Assembly (NCBI GenBank): GCA_964631805.1
Contig: CAZWAE010000002.1
Span: 2,528-59,000, forward strand
Origin: an uncultured Desulfobacteraceae bacterium
GTDB taxonomy: Bacteria > Desulfobacterota > Desulfobacteria > Desulfobacterales > CAZWAE01
Reading direction: 5' to 3'
DNA: 56,473 bases
This document shows, in pieces, positions 56,125 to 56,473 of the stretch. A program made the translations under genes and the position numbers. Each line of letters begins with the position of its first letter. Positions within the stretch are counted from its first letter, which is position 1. The notes below the pieces were generated by a model that saw nothing but the letters and a program-made list of their open reading frames with translations, was not told where the DNA came from and searched no databases.

Positions 56125-56473
56125 TTGAAAAATCTTCCAATTCTATTTTTTTTAATCGCCTGCCTTCCTGTTTCCCCGATATGGGCCGGTCTGGAATCTT
56201 CACTCCAGGTGCTGATTGATCAGACACCGGAAGGAGAAAGGGTCCAGCTCGATCCCGGCACTTATACGGGCCCGGTCATCATCGATAAAGCTGTCACACT
56301 GGATGGAAAAGGTCTGGTAACCCTCGATGGCCTGGGAAAAGGATCGGTGCTGGTTCTCAAAGCGGATGGTGTCGTAATTAAAAACCTGACCATCACCAAT
56401 TCGGGCGATAGTCACGATAAGGTGGATGCCGGTATCCTGGTTCGTTCCTCCCGAAATCGGATACTCAACAATA
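56125..56473 (+). CDS. nosD: NosD (periplasmic beta-helix nos maturation protein), N-terminal part; runs off the right edge
   Basis: Absent from the track (no stop in the window). Hand translation from TTG 56125 gives (M)KNLPILFFLIACLPVSPIWAGLESSLQVLIDQTPEGERVQLDPGTYTGPVIIDKAVTLDGKGLVTLDGLGKGSVLVLKADGVVIKNLTITNSGDSHDKVDAGILV.. Confidence 0.75.
   Translation, partial: MKNLPILFFLIACLPVSPIWAGLESSLQVLIDQTPEGERVQLDPGTYTGPVIIDKAVTLDGKGLVTLDGLGKGSVLVLKADGVVIKNLTITNSGDSHDKVDAGILVRSSRNRILNN

Noticed and set aside
56018-56227. 69-aa minus-strand ORF between the membrane-protein gene and nosD
   Set aside because: It overlaps the nosD signal-peptide region by about 100 nt on the opposite strand, has no RBS that I can see, and has an acidic low-complexity tail.

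Overview
This 56.5 kb window looks like ordinary chromosome from a strictly anaerobic, deltaproteobacterium-like organism (Desulfobacterales-type gene content; taxonomy is inference only). It is densely coding. I recognised no rRNA, tRNA, CRISPR array or intact mobile element.

Gene content, left to right:
- a MarR-controlled pair of 2-hydroxyacyl-CoA dehydratase / benzoyl-CoA reductase family genes
- an MFS transporter, an inositol-3-phosphate-synthase-like gene with a TIM-barrel gene, and a dodecin
- an envelope locus: a secreted S1 protease, a repeat protein, an ExeA-like ATPase fused to an OmpA domain, and a membrane protein
- housekeeping genes (PilZ, pseudouridine synthases, cheX, argJ, truA, aroE)
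- many two-component and sigma-54 regulators
- a sigma-54-driven methylene-THF reductase / heterodisulfide-reductase-like operon (metF-like, hdrL-type hdrA, mvhD, metV, metF, cheY-like, hdrCB)
- an orphan corrinoid protein plus UroD-family methyltransferase pair
- a complete Alternative Complex III operon (actABCDEF) running straight into a Sec-type (clade II) nosZ nitrous-oxide reductase cluster (c-type cytochromes, a membrane protein, start of nosD)

Main hunting results:
1. Four in-frame UGA codons, all split or truncated in the supplied ORF track, each sit 17-20 nt upstream of a 6-7 bp hairpin with a GG-containing loop, which is SECIS-like geometry. Three fall where I recall a conserved Cys in HdrA, MvhD and HdrD/HdrB-type proteins (alignment from memory). 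The fourth lies in an unannotated 64-codon dual-CXXC ORF whose TAA stop overlaps the ATG of an AEC transporter gene, making it a candidate small selenoprotein.
2. ACIII and clade II nosZ form one co-oriented block. It sits behind a GG-N10-GC sigma-54 promoter and a GAF-kinase / NtrC-type regulator pair, begins with a receiver-like gene lacking the conserved Lys, and contains uncharacterised accessory genes.
3. Smaller items: an ExeA-OmpA fusion with 48-bp coding tandem repeats, a ~140-nt imperfect hairpin element after truA, a PIN-toxin remnant, perfect palindromic operator candidates, and a long leader in front of the dodecin gene.
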